A stretch of 64,000 nucleotides of DNA from Acidobacteriota bacterium (GTDB taxonomy: Bacteria; Acidobacteriota; UBA890; WLXD01). The position numbers and the translations under genes were made by a program. The notes under the pieces were generated by a model. The model saw only the letters and a list, made by a program, of their open reading frames with translations. It did no database searches and was not told the DNA's origin. Location of the stretch: contig CAXWPL010000004.1 in the NCBI GenBank assembly GCA_963666215.2, forward strand, positions 864,001 to 928,000, in the 5' to 3' direction. Below are positions 1-11,120 of the stretch, one piece after another (within the stretch, counting starts at the first letter, position 1; the number at the start of each line of letters is the position of its first letter).

Positions 1-64
1 CCTTCGGCGGTGCGGAGGCCGCGACTCCGCTTGACCGCACCGACTCCTGGATGCTGTGTCGTCG

Positions 65-1463
65 ATGCTCTTCGTCGAATTCCGCTTCTTGTTGTTCTTC
101 GGCGTGCTTTGGACGATTCACTGGAGCTTGCGGACAAACGCGGCACGCAAGTGTCTCCTGCTGGCGGCCAGTTACGTCTTTATACGGCGCGTGGGACTAT
201 CGCTTCCTGACGCTGATATGGCTGTCCACGATAGTGGACTACTGGGTGGGCATACGGCTGGCCGACGAATTGAAGCCCCGCCGTCGCAAGACGCTGCTGC
301 TGTGCAGCTTGACCGCAAACCTCGGCCTGCTCTTCTGCTTCAAATACTTCGACTTCTTCCGCCAGTCTCTTGTCGATCTGCTGGCGGTGTTTGGTGCGCA
401 GGCGAACCTGGTTGCGCTGGATGTCGTGCTGCCGGTTGGCATCAGCTTTTATACCTTCCAGACCCTCAGCTATACGATCGACGTATACCGAGGCGAGCTC
501 GAGCCTCGGTGCAACGTCGTGGACTTCGCGCTCTTCGTCGCCTTCTTCCCGCAGCTGGTGGCGGGGCCAATCGTGCGCGCGCGCGACTTTCTACCGCAGC
601 TCGACGGCGCCCGTCGTTTGGCCGACATCGCCGCCAAGCCATTGCTGTTGTTGTTTCTCCTCGGGTTTATCAAGAAGGCCTGCATCTCCGACACCATCGC
701 CCCCTTCGTCGACCAGGCGTTTGCCAATCCGTCCGACCACACCGCGCTCGGTATCTGGCTGGGAGTGATCCTGTACTCACTGCAGATCTATTGCGATTTC
801 TCCGGCTACTCCGACATGGCGATCGCCATCGCTGGCTTGCTGGGCTACCAGCTGGCGATCAACTTCAACGCCCCCTACCTGGCGACCAGTCTTGTGGATT
901 TCTGGCGACGCTGGCACATCAGCCTGTCGACATGGCTGCGCGACTATCTCTACATTCCGCTCGGCGGCAACAGACATGGACGTTCCACCCAGTACCGCAA
1001 CGTGATCATCACGATGGCGCTAGGTGGACTCTGGCACGGTGCCTCATGGAACTTCGTGATCTGGGGCCTCCTCCACGGCGTGGCGTTGATCACGGTGCAG
1101 GAGGCGCGACGTCGATCACCGCGGGGGGCGCGGTTGCCTGTTTGGCTCGGCGCATCGCTTACGCTCTACTGGGTGGGTCTGACCTGGATCTTCTTCCGTG
1201 CCGCGACGTTGGCCCAGGCTGTCGAGATGACGAGGGCGTACGTGTTTTTCGACTCCCCCGGCACCCAAGGCCTTCCCGGGGGTTTGCTGCTCTTGGTTGG
1301 CGTCGCGGCGGCGGGGCACATCGCGCTTCGGCGCTGGCCGCATGACCGCATCGCGGAGGCTCTTCCTGGCCCCGTGTTTGCCGCCGTCCTGGGCGCGGTC
1401 TCCGCAATCGCGTTGGGACTCATGCAGGCCGACTACCGACCGTTCATCTACTTCCAGTTCTGA
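65..1463 (+). CDS. MBOAT family membrane-bound O-acyltransferase (AlgI/DltB-like), with a +1 frameshift near 182
   Basis: Motifs LPVGISFYTFQ, FFPQLVAGPI, YCDFSGYSDMA, FWRRWHISLSTWLRDY and GLWHGASWNF. The N-terminus MLFVEFRFLLFF starts at ATG 65 in a different frame; removing A182 joins ...SYVF to YGAWDYRF. Confidence 0.9.
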
Positions 1464-1471
1464 GCTCGCGC

Positions 1472-2539
1472 ATGCAACCACGCCGGCTAGCGACGAATTG
1501 TTTCGTCTTCACGATCGCGTTCTTGGCGGTTGTGATACTCGAGGATGCGGTGGCGCCGCCGCCACCGAAGTTTGTTGACGACCCCGCAGTCGCTGGCAAG
1601 CTCGACTATCTGGAGCGCGCTCCCCATGGCTCGATCGACGTGCTGTTTATTGGGCAAAGCACCGTGGATCGTGGCATCGACGTTGTAGAAATCGATCGAC
1701 ACCTCGACTCGTGCGGCCGCAGGTTGACCTCGTTCAATCTGGGAGTCCACGGGCTAGCGCAGCCCGAGGCGCTGGCGATCGTGCGCCGCCTCTCCGACGA
1801 CCGGCGACGATTTCAAGCGGTGATTATCGAGCCTGTGCCGCCGACGTTCGTTCGAGTCGTAACCTTCAGGTCGAGTCGTATCGCCGCCTATTCTCGACTC
1901 ACGGGCCTCCCGACGATGCTCTACGAGATCTTGAGTTGGGGCAGCGACGACACTGAGCTGCGAACACTTCTCGCGACGGGCGCGGCCTTCTACCATTCGA
2001 GCGTCGGATCGCTGGGGCACCTGTTTCGCGCCGCGGGCGCGCCGGGCGCCGGCGCCGCCGCCCTCGACGCGGTGCCGGACGAAAGCATGCGAGCCGAGCA
2101 CGGGTTCCACCCCTTCGACGCAGCCGATCTCGAACGTCGACGCTCGGGCTTTCTGCGTGATTCCGAGCGTTTCGAGCGCAGGCTCGAAGTCGCACGTGTC
2201 TGGCGCCCGAAGGTGTCTCTACCTGCCGCGGGTGTGCTGCCGGGTCGTGCCCGACAGACGATGGCGTTGCTCGAGGCGGCACGCGACGTGAGTGCGAACG
2301 TCGGAGTGCTGATGCTGCCGCAACCCCTTCTATCGCGCCTGGTATCCGACCATCAGGTCGAGGCTGCGATCGAAGCGGCCGGCGGCGCTTTCGTCATGAA
2401 CCTCAACGATCCGCTGCTTGACAGGGGCATGTACCAGATCGACGCATGGCAGGACCCCTTTCATCTGACTCCAACCGGAGCACAACGGCTGGCGCCGCTC
2501 ATCGCGCGACGTTTGTGCTCCGAGCTACCGGCACCGTAA
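1472..2539 (+). CDS. MBOAT-associated exported protein, SGNH/DltD/AlgJ-like
   Basis: Directly follows the MBOAT gene. N-terminal TM, DVLFIGQS block, FNLGVHG and C-terminal DPFHLT (DxxH). Confidence 0.6.
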   Translation: MQPRRLATNCFVFTIAFLAVVILEDAVAPPPPKFVDDPAVAGKLDYLERAPHGSIDVLFIGQSTVDRGIDVVEIDRHLDSCGRRLTSFNLGVHGLAQPEALAIVRRLSDDRRRFQAVIIEPVPPTFVRVVTFRSSRIAAYSRLTGLPTMLYEILSWGSDDTELRTLLATGAAFYHSSVGSLGHLFRAAGAPGAGAAALDAVPDESMRAEHGFHPFDAADLERRRSGFLRDSERFERRLEVARVWRPKVSLPAAGVLPGRARQTMALLEAARDVSANVGVLMLPQPLLSRLVSDHQVEAAIEAAGGAFVMNLNDPLLDRGMYQIDAWQDPFHLTPTGAQRLAPLIARRLCSELPAP

Positions 2540-2660
2540 CGTGACCGCTCACCAGTTGGCGTACTCGAGATAAGCGCAGCCGGCAGGACGACCAGTCGGT
2601 TCCAGTCGCGGCGCTCGGTGGAAGCCGATCAGAACCTGGTCGCTTCCTCGATGTCGACGG

Positions 2661-3644
2661 CTACGCCAACCCGAGGAGGCTCGTGGCGTTGTTGCCCAGG
2701 ACGGCCGCTTCGTCCTCGGCCGACAGCCCGAGCCCACGGATGCTCGAGAGCATCTTGTCGATGCTGCCGATCATGTGCGGGTAGTCGCTGCCCGCCACAA
2801 CTTGGCCAGGCCCGGCGAAGTCGATCGCCATGTGTAGCGCCGCCGGGTCGAAGTTCACCGTGTCGTAGTAGAAGTCGCGCAGGTAGGTGCTGGGGAGCCG
2901 GTCGATCTGAGCTCTACAGACGTCGAAGGCTTCGTAGCCACGGTCGAGTCGCTCGGCCAAGTAGGGAATCGTGCCGCCGAGATGGCCGAGCACCCAGCGG
3001 ATGTTCGGATGGCGCTCGGGGACACCCGCGAACACCAGATGTGCCGCGGCGAGCGTCGTGTCGATGGTGAAGCCAACGAGCGGCATCAACATGAAGTCCT
3101 TCATCGCCTCGACACCGAGTGGGTACGTCGGGTGGATGTAGAGCACGGCTGACAGCGCGTTGGCGCGCTCGTAGAGCGGCTCGAACCGCATGTCCGCAAG
3201 TGGAACGCCCGAAGCGTTCGAGAAGAGCATGGCACCGGGCAGCTGCAGCTCCTTCATGGCTCGCTCGAGCTCATCGGCAGCGGCCTCGGGTGTACTCATT
3301 GGCAGCGTCGCGAGTGCGGTGTACTGCTCGGGATTATCGCGGACGGCGGCGCCCAGGCTGCTGTTGACAAGCCCCGCCAGCTCGATGGCCCTTTGTGGTT
3401 CCTCGATGCTGGTACCCGGTGCCGTGAAGCTCAGCACCTGGCGATCGACTCCGGCCTCTCTGACGACGCCGGAGCGGTACTCGAGGTCGCGATGCCCGCG
3501 AACAGCGACGTTGTAGTCGCCCGGCGAATGCAGCACCGGGTTGCCGTCGTCGTCGTCGGTCACGCGAAACGCGCTCGGGCCGCGACGGATCTCCTCGATG
3601 AACTCAGGCGGAAAGTAGTGGTTATGGAAGTCGACGATTTTCAT
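2661..3644 (-). CDS. Amidohydrolase_2 family (ACMSD-like decarboxylase)
   Basis: DFHNH, YIHP, GHLGGTIP and GSDYPH motifs. Confidence 0.88.
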   Translation of the reverse strand: MKIVDFHNHYFPPEFIEEIRRGPSAFRVTDDDDGNPVLHSPGDYNVAVRGHRDLEYRSGVVREAGVDRQVLSFTAPGTSIEEPQRAIELAGLVNSSLGAAVRDNPEQYTALATLPMSTPEAAADELERAMKELQLPGAMLFSNASGVPLADMRFEPLYERANALSAVLYIHPTYPLGVEAMKDFMLMPLVGFTIDTTLAAAHLVFAGVPERHPNIRWVLGHLGGTIPYLAERLDRGYEAFDVCRAQIDRLPSTYLRDFYYDTVNFDPAALHMAIDFAGPGQVVAGSDYPHMIGSIDKMLSSIRGLGLSAEDEAAVLGNNATSLLGLA

Positions 3645-3689
3645 ACGGTGTGATCTCGTAGGGTCGGTGGAGGGCGGGTTGGAGTCGAC

Positions 3690-5132
3690 TCACTCTCTCG
3701 CGGCTTGTCGTCCCACGGTGAGAGTGTAGACGGGCAGCCCGAGCAGCACGAAGCCGAGCCCGATGGCGCTCTCGCGCGGACTGATGAGCAGTTGATTCAG
3801 GACGATCGCGAACGCCGAAAGCGCGAAGAGCAACGGGATCACGCTGCCGCCAGCGATGCGGAATGGCGCAGCCTCGCTCGAGCGCCGTCGAAGCACCAGC
3901 AAGCCAATCGCCATCAGTCCGAAGAAGATCCATTCCGTGTAGATGACGCGTGTAAAGAGCGCTCGATAGGACCCGGTTGCCGCCAGAGCCGAGGCCCAGA
4001 TCGCCTGCGCCACGATGGCTCGATGCGGTGTTCGGAAGCGCGGATGCACGGCGGCGATCCATGCCGGCAACTGCCGATCGCGCGCCATGGCGAAGTACAC
4101 GCGAGGCCCGGCGAGGATGATGCCGGCGAGCGCTCCGAAGGCCGAGAACATCACCAACGCCGACATGAACGCGCCGCCTCCGAAGCCCAAGACCGCATCC
4201 GCGGCGTCGGCCGCCACCCTGTTGGAAACAATGATCGTCTCCACGGGCAGCACCCGGAAATAGGCGGTGTTGAGCGCCAGATAACAGGCGGTCACGATCG
4301 CGACTCCGAGCACGAGTGCGCGCGGGATGGTGGTTCGAGGATCGGCCGTTTCCTCGGCGTTGTAGGTCACCATGTGCCAGCCGCCGAACGCGAACAGGCC
4401 GGCGACCAAGGCGCTGAGGAAATGAGCGAGAGATATCTGGGCGGTCGAGGGATCGTTGGCGACTGCAGATGATGTCTCTTGTCCGCCGCCGCCGGCTGGA
4501 CCTGCTGGCGCTGAGGCGCCGGAGTTGGCCGCGGGCGATTCGGCGGCCGCGGTGCTCTCCGTCGTGCTTCCAAGGGCGAGCCCCACGATGACAATCACGA
4601 CGATCGCCAGCACCTTGGCGGCCGTGAACCAAGTCTGCAGATTGCTACCTTGGCGGACGCCGACGTAGTTCACGCACGACAACGCCAGAACGGCACCGAC
4701 GGCGACGATCCTCGAGTCGGTGTCGTCGAGAGCCACGAAGTACGCGGTGTAGCGCGCGAACACGGTCGCGATCGCGGCGATGATGCCCGAGTGCATCGTC
4801 CAGAACATCGCCCAGCCCCAAAGGAAACCCAGAGCGGGGTGGAACGCCTCGCGCAGGTAGACGTACACGCCCCCAGCCTCGGGGCGCATCGATGCCAGCT
4901 CGGCGCACACCAGCGCGCCGCAGGCGGTCAGAACGCCGGCCGCGATCCAAACAAGCAGGGTGCCGGCCAGTGACGGGACGTGTGAGGTGATCTCGGAAGG
5001 CTGCACAAAGATCGACGTTCCGATGATGGTGCCCACCACCATGGCGGTGGCGTGGGGCAGACGCAGCACCCGAGCGAGTGCCGGCGTTGTTCCGTCGCCT
5101 CCATCGCCTCCGCCAGCTTCGCCAGTCGTCAC
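3690..5132 (-). CDS. APC family amino acid permease
   Basis: VGTIIGTSIF, AELASMRPEAGGVYVYLREAF, AEETADPRTTIPRA and HPRFRTPH; multiple TM helices. Confidence 0.9.
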   Translation of the reverse strand: MTTGEAGGGDGGDGTTPALARVLRLPHATAMVVGTIIGTSIFVQPSEITSHVPSLAGTLLVWIAAGVLTACGALVCAELASMRPEAGGVYVYLREAFHPALGFLWGWAMFWTMHSGIIAAIATVFARYTAYFVALDDTDSRIVAVGAVLALSCVNYVGVRQGSNLQTWFTAAKVLAIVVIVIVGLALGSTTESTAAAESPAANSGASAPAGPAGGGGQETSSAVANDPSTAQISLAHFLSALVAGLFAFGGWHMVTYNAEETADPRTTIPRALVLGVAIVTACYLALNTAYFRVLPVETIIVSNRVAADAADAVLGFGGGAFMSALVMFSAFGALAGIILAGPRVYFAMARDRQLPAWIAAVHPRFRTPHRAIVAQAIWASALAATGSYRALFTRVIYTEWIFFGLMAIGLLVLRRRSSEAAPFRIAGGSVIPLLFALSAFAIVLNQLLISPRESAIGLGFVLLGLPVYTLTVGRQAARE

Positions 5133-5200
5133 GTCACCTCGCCACGCCCATCATGGTCGGCTGGCCGGCCACGTCGCTACTCAGGATTCTTTGGACGGCG

Positions 5201-7309
5201 CTACTGCTCGGCGGCCTTCGCCTCGTCTTTGTCCTCGCCCATGTCCTCATCGGTTGGACGTTCCCAGGGCGTCCACTCCTCGCCGAGGACGTACTTCTGC
5301 ATCCAGCGGATCTCTTCGATGTCGCGGGTGCGCTGGTGGCGTGGCTCGCGGAAGCCGTGCGGCTCGCGCGGAAACTTCATGTAACGCACCGGCACGGCAC
5401 CGATGTCCTTGAGCGCCGTAAAGAACATCATGCTCTGCTGTTCGGTGTCGGTGCGGTCCTCGATGCCGTGAATCAGCAAAGTCGCCGAAGTGACGTTCTT
5501 CGCATGGGTGAGCGCCGATTGGTTGCGGTAGCCATCGGGGTTGTCCCACGGGGTGCCGCCGATGTGCCAAAGCCTCACGTCGTTGTTGAAGCCGGGGCCG
5601 TACTCGGATGTCCAGTCGTAGACGCCGGCACCGATCGAGGCTGCCTTGAAGCGATCGGTATGGGTAATCGTCCAGCCGCCCAGGATGCCGCCGTAGCTCC
5701 AGCCACGGACTCCCATACGCTCGGGATCGACGATGCCGCGCTCGATGAGCGAATCGACGCCGGTCATCAGGTCCTGGAAATCGCCGAAACCAATGCCGTC
5801 ACCGCGCGCCACCGTGTTGCCCTCGCGCAGGTGGTCGGTGTAGCCGGAGCTGCCGCGCACGTTTGCCGACATCGCCACATAGCCGAGGCCGGCCCACCAG
5901 TGATAACTGGAGCGCCAGCCGTTGGGGAAGTTGCCGGCCGGGCCGCCATGGATGTTGAGCATCAGCGGATACGACTTGCCTTCTTCGTAGCCAACCGGAA
6001 GGTGCAGGAGTCCTTCGATCTCCATGCCATCGTGGCTCTTCCAGCGGAAGACCTGCATGCCGCCGAGCTGCAGCTCGGCAATCTGCGGATTCGTGTCGGT
6101 CAGCCGCACGGGCTCGAAGTTGTCGACCTCAGCCGTGTACAAATCGGGCGGCGTGTCGAAGTCCTGAAACGAGTAGACGAAGCGCGTGCGGTCGGCCGAG
6201 AACGACATCGCGCGCAGAATGCCCTCGAGGTCGGTGAGCTGCTCGAGGTCACCGTTGTCGACGTTCAACCGGAACAGGTTGCTGTTGGTGCCCTGCTGAC
6301 CAGTGAACAGGATGCTCTGGCCGTCGGGTGTCCACACCGGGTTGCTGAGGTTGCCCTCGAACTTGCCCGACAGCATCCGGTGCTCGGCGAGGGCGGCGTC
6401 CATCAGCCAGAGCTTGGTGTTGCGGTTGAGCCACTCCTTGTCGTCGGCCGCGCTGTAGAGGAAGCCGCTGCTGTCCGGCGCCCACTGAACCCCATTCTCT
6501 GGAGCGTGATTGTCGCTGAGCCGCGTCTTCTCCTTCGACTCCAGGTTTAGCAGGAAGACCTCAGTTTTGTCAGCGTCATTGCGACGGTTGGAATAGCGCG
6601 CGGTCATGGCCATCCACTTGTCGTCGGGCGAGGGATCGAAGCTGGAGATCAGAAACTCCTCTTCGGTGAGCTGGGCTTCTTCCTTGGACCCGATGTCGAA
6701 CGACCAGACGTTGCTCCAGTTGCTGGCGGTCTGGCCGTTTGGACCTTCGTCCACAAAGATCGCGTCGGAGCCCTTCTCGATCGCCTTCTGGTCGTCTTCG
6801 TCGCGCTCGTCAGCGGCCGCGAAGTAGATCGTGCTCGAGTCGTGCGACCACTTGTACTGCCCAACGCTCGTGGCGTGCTCGGTGAGCTGCACGGCCTCAC
6901 CTCCCGCCGTGCGCATCCAGAAGATCTGCTGTTTCGAGCGCTCGCGCTCCGCGTCGCCGCCGCCACTCTCGCCTCCGACACTTCTCCGGAAAATCAGGTA
7001 GCGACCGTCCGGTGAGAACTGGAAGTTGCTGCCACCTTCCTCGCCGACGTACTGGAATGCCGCGTCGCCGGCGCTCGGGCTGGAGGATGTCATGTACACC
7101 TTGGTGTCGCGCTTGTTGTCGTCCCAGTTCAGCTCGCTCTGGGTGTAGAGCACCCAGTCGCCGCTCGGCGACATGGTCGCCCCGCCGACGTTGACCATGT
7201 CGAGCGCGTCGTCGACGGTCATCGGACGACGCCCTTCGGAACCGGGTTCCTGGGCGAATGAGGAGCCGGCAACAAGCAACACCACGGCAGCGAGAACGAG
7301 TCGACGCAT
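5201..7309 (-). CDS. S9 family (prolyl oligopeptidase-like) secreted peptidase
   Basis: Signal peptide, PD40-like repeats, IHGGP, GWSYGG nucleophile elbow, IHGIEDR and EPHG. Confidence 0.92.
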   Translation of the reverse strand: MRRLVLAAVVLLVAGSSFAQEPGSEGRRPMTVDDALDMVNVGGATMSPSGDWVLYTQSELNWDDNKRDTKVYMTSSSPSAGDAAFQYVGEEGGSNFQFSPDGRYLIFRRSVGGESGGGDAERERSKQQIFWMRTAGGEAVQLTEHATSVGQYKWSHDSSTIYFAAADERDEDDQKAIEKGSDAIFVDEGPNGQTASNWSNVWSFDIGSKEEAQLTEEEFLISSFDPSPDDKWMAMTARYSNRRNDADKTEVFLLNLESKEKTRLSDNHAPENGVQWAPDSSGFLYSAADDKEWLNRNTKLWLMDAALAEHRMLSGKFEGNLSNPVWTPDGQSILFTGQQGTNSNLFRLNVDNGDLEQLTDLEGILRAMSFSADRTRFVYSFQDFDTPPDLYTAEVDNFEPVRLTDTNPQIAELQLGGMQVFRWKSHDGMEIEGLLHLPVGYEEGKSYPLMLNIHGGPAGNFPNGWRSSYHWWAGLGYVAMSANVRGSSGYTDHLREGNTVARGDGIGFGDFQDLMTGVDSLIERGIVDPERMGVRGWSYGGILGGWTITHTDRFKAASIGAGVYDWTSEYGPGFNNDVRLWHIGGTPWDNPDGYRNQSALTHAKNVTSATLLIHGIEDRTDTEQQSMMFFTALKDIGAVPVRYMKFPREPHGFREPRHQRTRDIEEIRWMQKYVLGEEWTPWERPTDEDMGEDKDEAKAAEQ

Positions 7310-7532
7310 GAAGATCCCCAGACAGTTGCTCTGTGGCAGAAAGAATAGCTGGCCGCAACGTTAGTCAAACGGGCGACTGCTGCCAACCACGCGGGCTGTC
7401 GAATCTGTGGCCGAGAGGCCTCGGATTCAACTCAGCTTGGGCGTGGCAGGCCGGGCAACGGGCTACCGGGGGGGTGTCAGGTCCAGCTCAGGGCGCAGCG
7501 TGTTGCGTGAAGGAGCGGCGATCGTCCATACT

Positions 7533-7564
7533 TCAGGTAACCTGAATATCAGGTAACCTGAATA
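7533..7564. promoter_or_regulatory. Tandem palindromic operator (TCAGGTAACCTGAATA)x2, probable PadR site
   Basis: Two exact 16-bp copies, each containing the palindrome TCAGGT-A-ACCTGA, 35 bp upstream of padR. Confidence 0.7.
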
Positions 7565-7599
7565 TAGGTCGGCCTGGTGATCGACAAGAGAGCGAATTC

Positions 7600-7962
7600 A
7601 TGCACGATGCCAAGACCGTCGACGACGCGCTGCCACTGACGGCTCGCGTCTTCCTGATCCTGTGGGCGCTTGCCGACAAGCCGCAGCACGCCTACGGGCT
7701 GCTTGCAGAGGTCGAGCGCCGCGGCAGCGGACGGGTCACGATCAAGCCCGGATCGCTGTACGAAGCGATCTACACGCTCGAGGAACGGGGCCTCGTCGCG
7801 ACCTCCGAAGAGCATGCACCGCCCACCGACCGCCGCCGCGGGCGTACGTTCGCTCTAACGGAGCTGGGTCGAGCGGTGCTCACAGCCGAGGCTGAACGCC
7901 TGGGTCAGCTCGTCGAGGAGCTCCGCACAACCGACCTGTTGAGCTCGCAGGAGCAAGGCTGA
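7600..7962 (+). CDS. PadR family transcriptional regulator
   Basis: HAYGL...IKPGSLYEAIYTLEERGLV...LTELGR; coupled to the ADOP permease gene. Confidence 0.9.
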   Translation: MHDAKTVDDALPLTARVFLILWALADKPQHAYGLLAEVERRGSGRVTIKPGSLYEAIYTLEERGLVATSEEHAPPTDRRRGRTFALTELGRAVLTAEAERLGQLVEELRTTDLLSSQEQG

Positions 7963-10706
7963 TGGCGGACGAAGAGCACTTGCTTCCCGGCAGTGGGGCA
8001 CGCGACTCGGCGCGGCCAAAGTTCTTGACGCTGCTCTTGCGCCTCGCGACGCTCAGCTATCCCCGAGAGTTCCGCAGCCGGCACGGCCGCGAGCTCGTCG
8101 AGCTGACTGGCCGGCGGTGCGCCGAGGAGCGCGGCCGTCGCGGGCCCGCTGGTCAACGTGCCTACGTTGGCGCCGCAGTGCTCGACCTGATCCTTGCGGG
8201 CTTCAGGACTCGTGCGGCGGGGCGGAACGCGCGCTGGTTCCGAGGACCCCGCTCGACCTCCCCACGATTGGCTGCCCACGCGCGCCAAGAATCGAGCCTG
8301 CCTTTGAGCAACGTTTGGAGAGACCTCAGATTCGCGTTCCGCCTGCTGGTGCGCAGCCCAGGCTTCAGCCTCGCCAGCGTCACCGTGCTGGCTATCGGTA
8401 TCGGCGGCGTGACGTTGATGTTCAGCGCGCTCAACGCGGTGGTGCTGCAACCGCTGCCGTTCGAGGAGCCGGACCGGCTGGTCTGGGCCTGGGGCAGTGA
8501 CGGCACGATCACCTCCAACTCGGTCTCGGCGATCAACTACTGGGACTACCGCGAGCAGGCCAGCACGTTCGAGTCGCTGGCCGCGGTACTGGTCTTCTCG
8601 CCGCGGGCGATCATCACCGGTGGCGATGAGCCGGAGCGGGTGCTCTCAACGCAGGTGTCCTACAACTTCTTCTCGGTGCTCGGAGTCGAGCCGCAGATCG
8701 GGCGCTCGTTCGTTCTGGAGGAAGAGGACAGCGGCTCCACCCAGGTCGTGATTCTCAGCGACGGTTTTTGGCAGCGTCGCTACGGCGGCGATCCCGATGT
8801 CGTGGGACGCGGCATCACGATCAGCGGCACCACATATCAGGTTGTCGGCGTGCTGTCGCCCGACTTCGACTACCGCTCCGGGATCGAGCTGTGGTTCCCC
8901 ATGTTGCACGACGACGGCTACACGCAGGGCCGTGGCAACAACAACTTCAGTGTCTTTGGGCGCCTTGCCGACGGTGGCTCGATCGAGCAGGCACAAGACC
9001 AGGTCGACGCCATTGCCGCCAGCCTGGCGGCCGCGCACCCCGACACCAACGAGCGTTGGATTCTGCGCCTGGAATCGATGCACGGGGTGTTCGTCGGCGA
9101 TTCGCGCGAGTCGCTCGTGATCATGCTGGGACTCGTTGGTGTGCTGCTGATTGCCTGCGCCAATGTCGCCTCGCTGGCGCTGGCGCGGGCCATCACTCGG
9201 CGTACCGAAGTCGCCGTGCGACTGTCGCTCGGCGCGGCGCGCGGGCAGGTGGTGCGTCAGCTTCTGACCGAGAGAGCGCTCGTGGCGCTGGCCGGCGGTG
9301 TTGTCGGTCTGATGCTGGCTCGCGTCGGGATCGGTGTCTTGAGATCGCTCGCCCCGGCCGACCTGCCGCGGATCGAGACGATGGGTATCGACGGCACGGT
9401 GCTGGCGTTCACCTTCGCCGTGTCGCTGCTGGCAAGCCTGGTGTTCGGCATCGTGCCGGCGCTGCGCGGCACCAGCGTCTCGCTGTCCGAGACCCTCAAG
9501 GTGGGCACTTCACGAGGCGCCACGGCAGGGCGCTCCGGCCTGCGCAATTGCCTTGTGGTGGCGCAGGTAGCGTTGTCGCTGATGCTCCTGGTTGCCTCGG
9601 GACTGCTGATCCAGAGTTACGTCCGCATGCAGGGCGTGGACCCCGGTTTCGATGTGGAGCATGTCCTGAAGGCCGAGATGCAGCTGCCGTCGTGGCGCTA
9701 CGAGGAGCGGGCGCAGGTGGCGCAGGCGTGGTCCAGGCTGCACGAAAGGCTGCGTGCCGTTCCCGGCGTCGTTTCGGTGGGGGCGATCGATCAGCCACCG
9801 ATCCGCATGGGCGGCACCTACAACACCATCTATCCGGTAGACGGGCCGCCGGCAACGCCTGCCGAGGAGGCCAGCTACGCCGGCCAACGGCGCTTCGCGT
9901 CGAACGACTACTTCGAGGGCCTCGGAATCCCGATTCTCACCGGTCGTGCCTTCCTGCCGACCGACACGCTCGAGAGCCAGGCGGTTGTCGTGATCAGCAA
10001 GCGCATGGCCGACGACTACTTCGTCGGCGAGAGCCCCTTGGGCGAGGAGCTCTTTGTATGGGGCCAGAACTTCGTCGTCGTGGGTGTGGCAAGCAAAGTC
10101 CGCGAGTACGGGCTGGGCGAGGAGTTCCCGCGGGTTTTCTACATGTCCGCGGGTCAGGTGGCTCCGGGTCGCATGCAGGTGCTCATTCGCACGGCCGGCG
10201 ACCCGCTGGAAGTGGTGCCGTCGATTCGCCAGGCGGTGTGGGAGATCGACAAGGAGATCCCGATCTCGGGTGTGGAGACGATGGAGTCGCGGATCTCCGA
10301 TTCGTTGTCGCAGCCGCGTTTCCGCATGTTCCTGGTGGGCCTGTTCGCCGCGATGGCCATGGTGCTCGCCGCGATCGGTCTGTATGGGCTGCTGGCCTTC
10401 TACGTTAGAGAGCGAACCCACGAGATGGGCATTCGCGTGGCCTTGGGCGCCGCCCCCGGCAACGTTGTCGGAACCGTGGTGCGTCGCGGCATGGCGATGG
10501 TGGCGGCGGGAATCGGCATCGGTCTGGTCGGAGGCGTGGCTGCCGGCCGGCTGATGCAGGGCCTGCTGTTCGATGTGGCGCCAACCGACGCGACGACTCT
10601 GGTTGTCGGCAGCTCTTGCCTGGCCGCCGTGGCAGTCGTGGCGTGCCTGATCCCGGCGCTGCGTGCGATGCGCGTCGACCCTCAGGAAGTCCTACGAGTC
10701 GAGTAG
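7962..10706 (+). CDS. ADOP-type duplicated ABC permease (2x MacB_PCD + FtsX)
   Basis: DLRFAFRLLVRSPGF, LLIACANVA, VAQVALSLMLL, RTHEMGIRVALGA and RVDPQEVLRVE. Confidence 0.93.
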   Translation: MADEEHLLPGSGARDSARPKFLTLLLRLATLSYPREFRSRHGRELVELTGRRCAEERGRRGPAGQRAYVGAAVLDLILAGFRTRAAGRNARWFRGPRSTSPRLAAHARQESSLPLSNVWRDLRFAFRLLVRSPGFSLASVTVLAIGIGGVTLMFSALNAVVLQPLPFEEPDRLVWAWGSDGTITSNSVSAINYWDYREQASTFESLAAVLVFSPRAIITGGDEPERVLSTQVSYNFFSVLGVEPQIGRSFVLEEEDSGSTQVVILSDGFWQRRYGGDPDVVGRGITISGTTYQVVGVLSPDFDYRSGIELWFPMLHDDGYTQGRGNNNFSVFGRLADGGSIEQAQDQVDAIAASLAAAHPDTNERWILRLESMHGVFVGDSRESLVIMLGLVGVLLIACANVASLALARAITRRTEVAVRLSLGAARGQVVRQLLTERALVALAGGVVGLMLARVGIGVLRSLAPADLPRIETMGIDGTVLAFTFAVSLLASLVFGIVPALRGTSVSLSETLKVGTSRGATAGRSGLRNCLVVAQVALSLMLLVASGLLIQSYVRMQGVDPGFDVEHVLKAEMQLPSWRYEERAQVAQAWSRLHERLRAVPGVVSVGAIDQPPIRMGGTYNTIYPVDGPPATPAEEASYAGQRRFASNDYFEGLGIPILTGRAFLPTDTLESQAVVVISKRMADDYFVGESPLGEELFVWGQNFVVVGVASKVREYGLGEEFPRVFYMSAGQVAPGRMQVLIRTAGDPLEVVPSIRQAVWEIDKEIPISGVETMESRISDSLSQPRFRMFLVGLFAAMAMVLAAIGLYGLLAFYVRERTHEMGIRVALGAAPGNVVGTVVRRGMAMVAAGIGIGLVGGVAAGRLMQGLLFDVAPTDATTLVVGSSCLAAVAVVACLIPALRAMRVDPQEVLRVE

Positions 10707-11120
10707 CAGGCCGCGGATCCGCGCAACCAGAGGCGGCGACGTGGTGGTTGGGCTGAGTGGGTTGGGAGGCGCCTCCGCATCGTCCGTCGAGTCGATGAGG
10801 CGGCCGCGCAGCAACGGGATGCGCAGTGCCTCGAAGTAGCCGGGTGTCACCAGCTGATAGCCAGCGGCCGGCTGCTCATTTTCCTTCTGCGACATTCCTT
10901 CCACTGAGATCCATAACGTGCCGCGCATGTTCCAGCGCATGGGCAAGGTGAGCACGCCGCCGGCTTTCTCGACCTCGGGGTAGGAGCGCAAGCGCTCCAG
11001 CAGCTCGTCGTAGAGGCCGCGAACGTCCTCATCCTCCGGATAGCTCTGATCCGGCAAGGCGAGGTTTGCGACCACTGTTCCGTTCGGGTCGAAGCCCGGG
11101 TCGACCGCCGTGAGGAGCAC
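10692..11120 (-). pseudogene. Internal fragment of an ADOP permease (second periplasmic domain)
   Basis: VDPGFDPNG...ERLRSYPEVEKAG...VTPGYFEALRIPLLRGR; both ends of the permease are missing. Confidence 0.8.

Noticed and set aside
8768-10408. Long alternative-frame and antisense ORFs (e.g. 8768-10408, 5078-6550, 14671-15969, 48654-49883)
   Set aside because: Typical high-GC shadow ORFs over well-supported genes, with no motifs.
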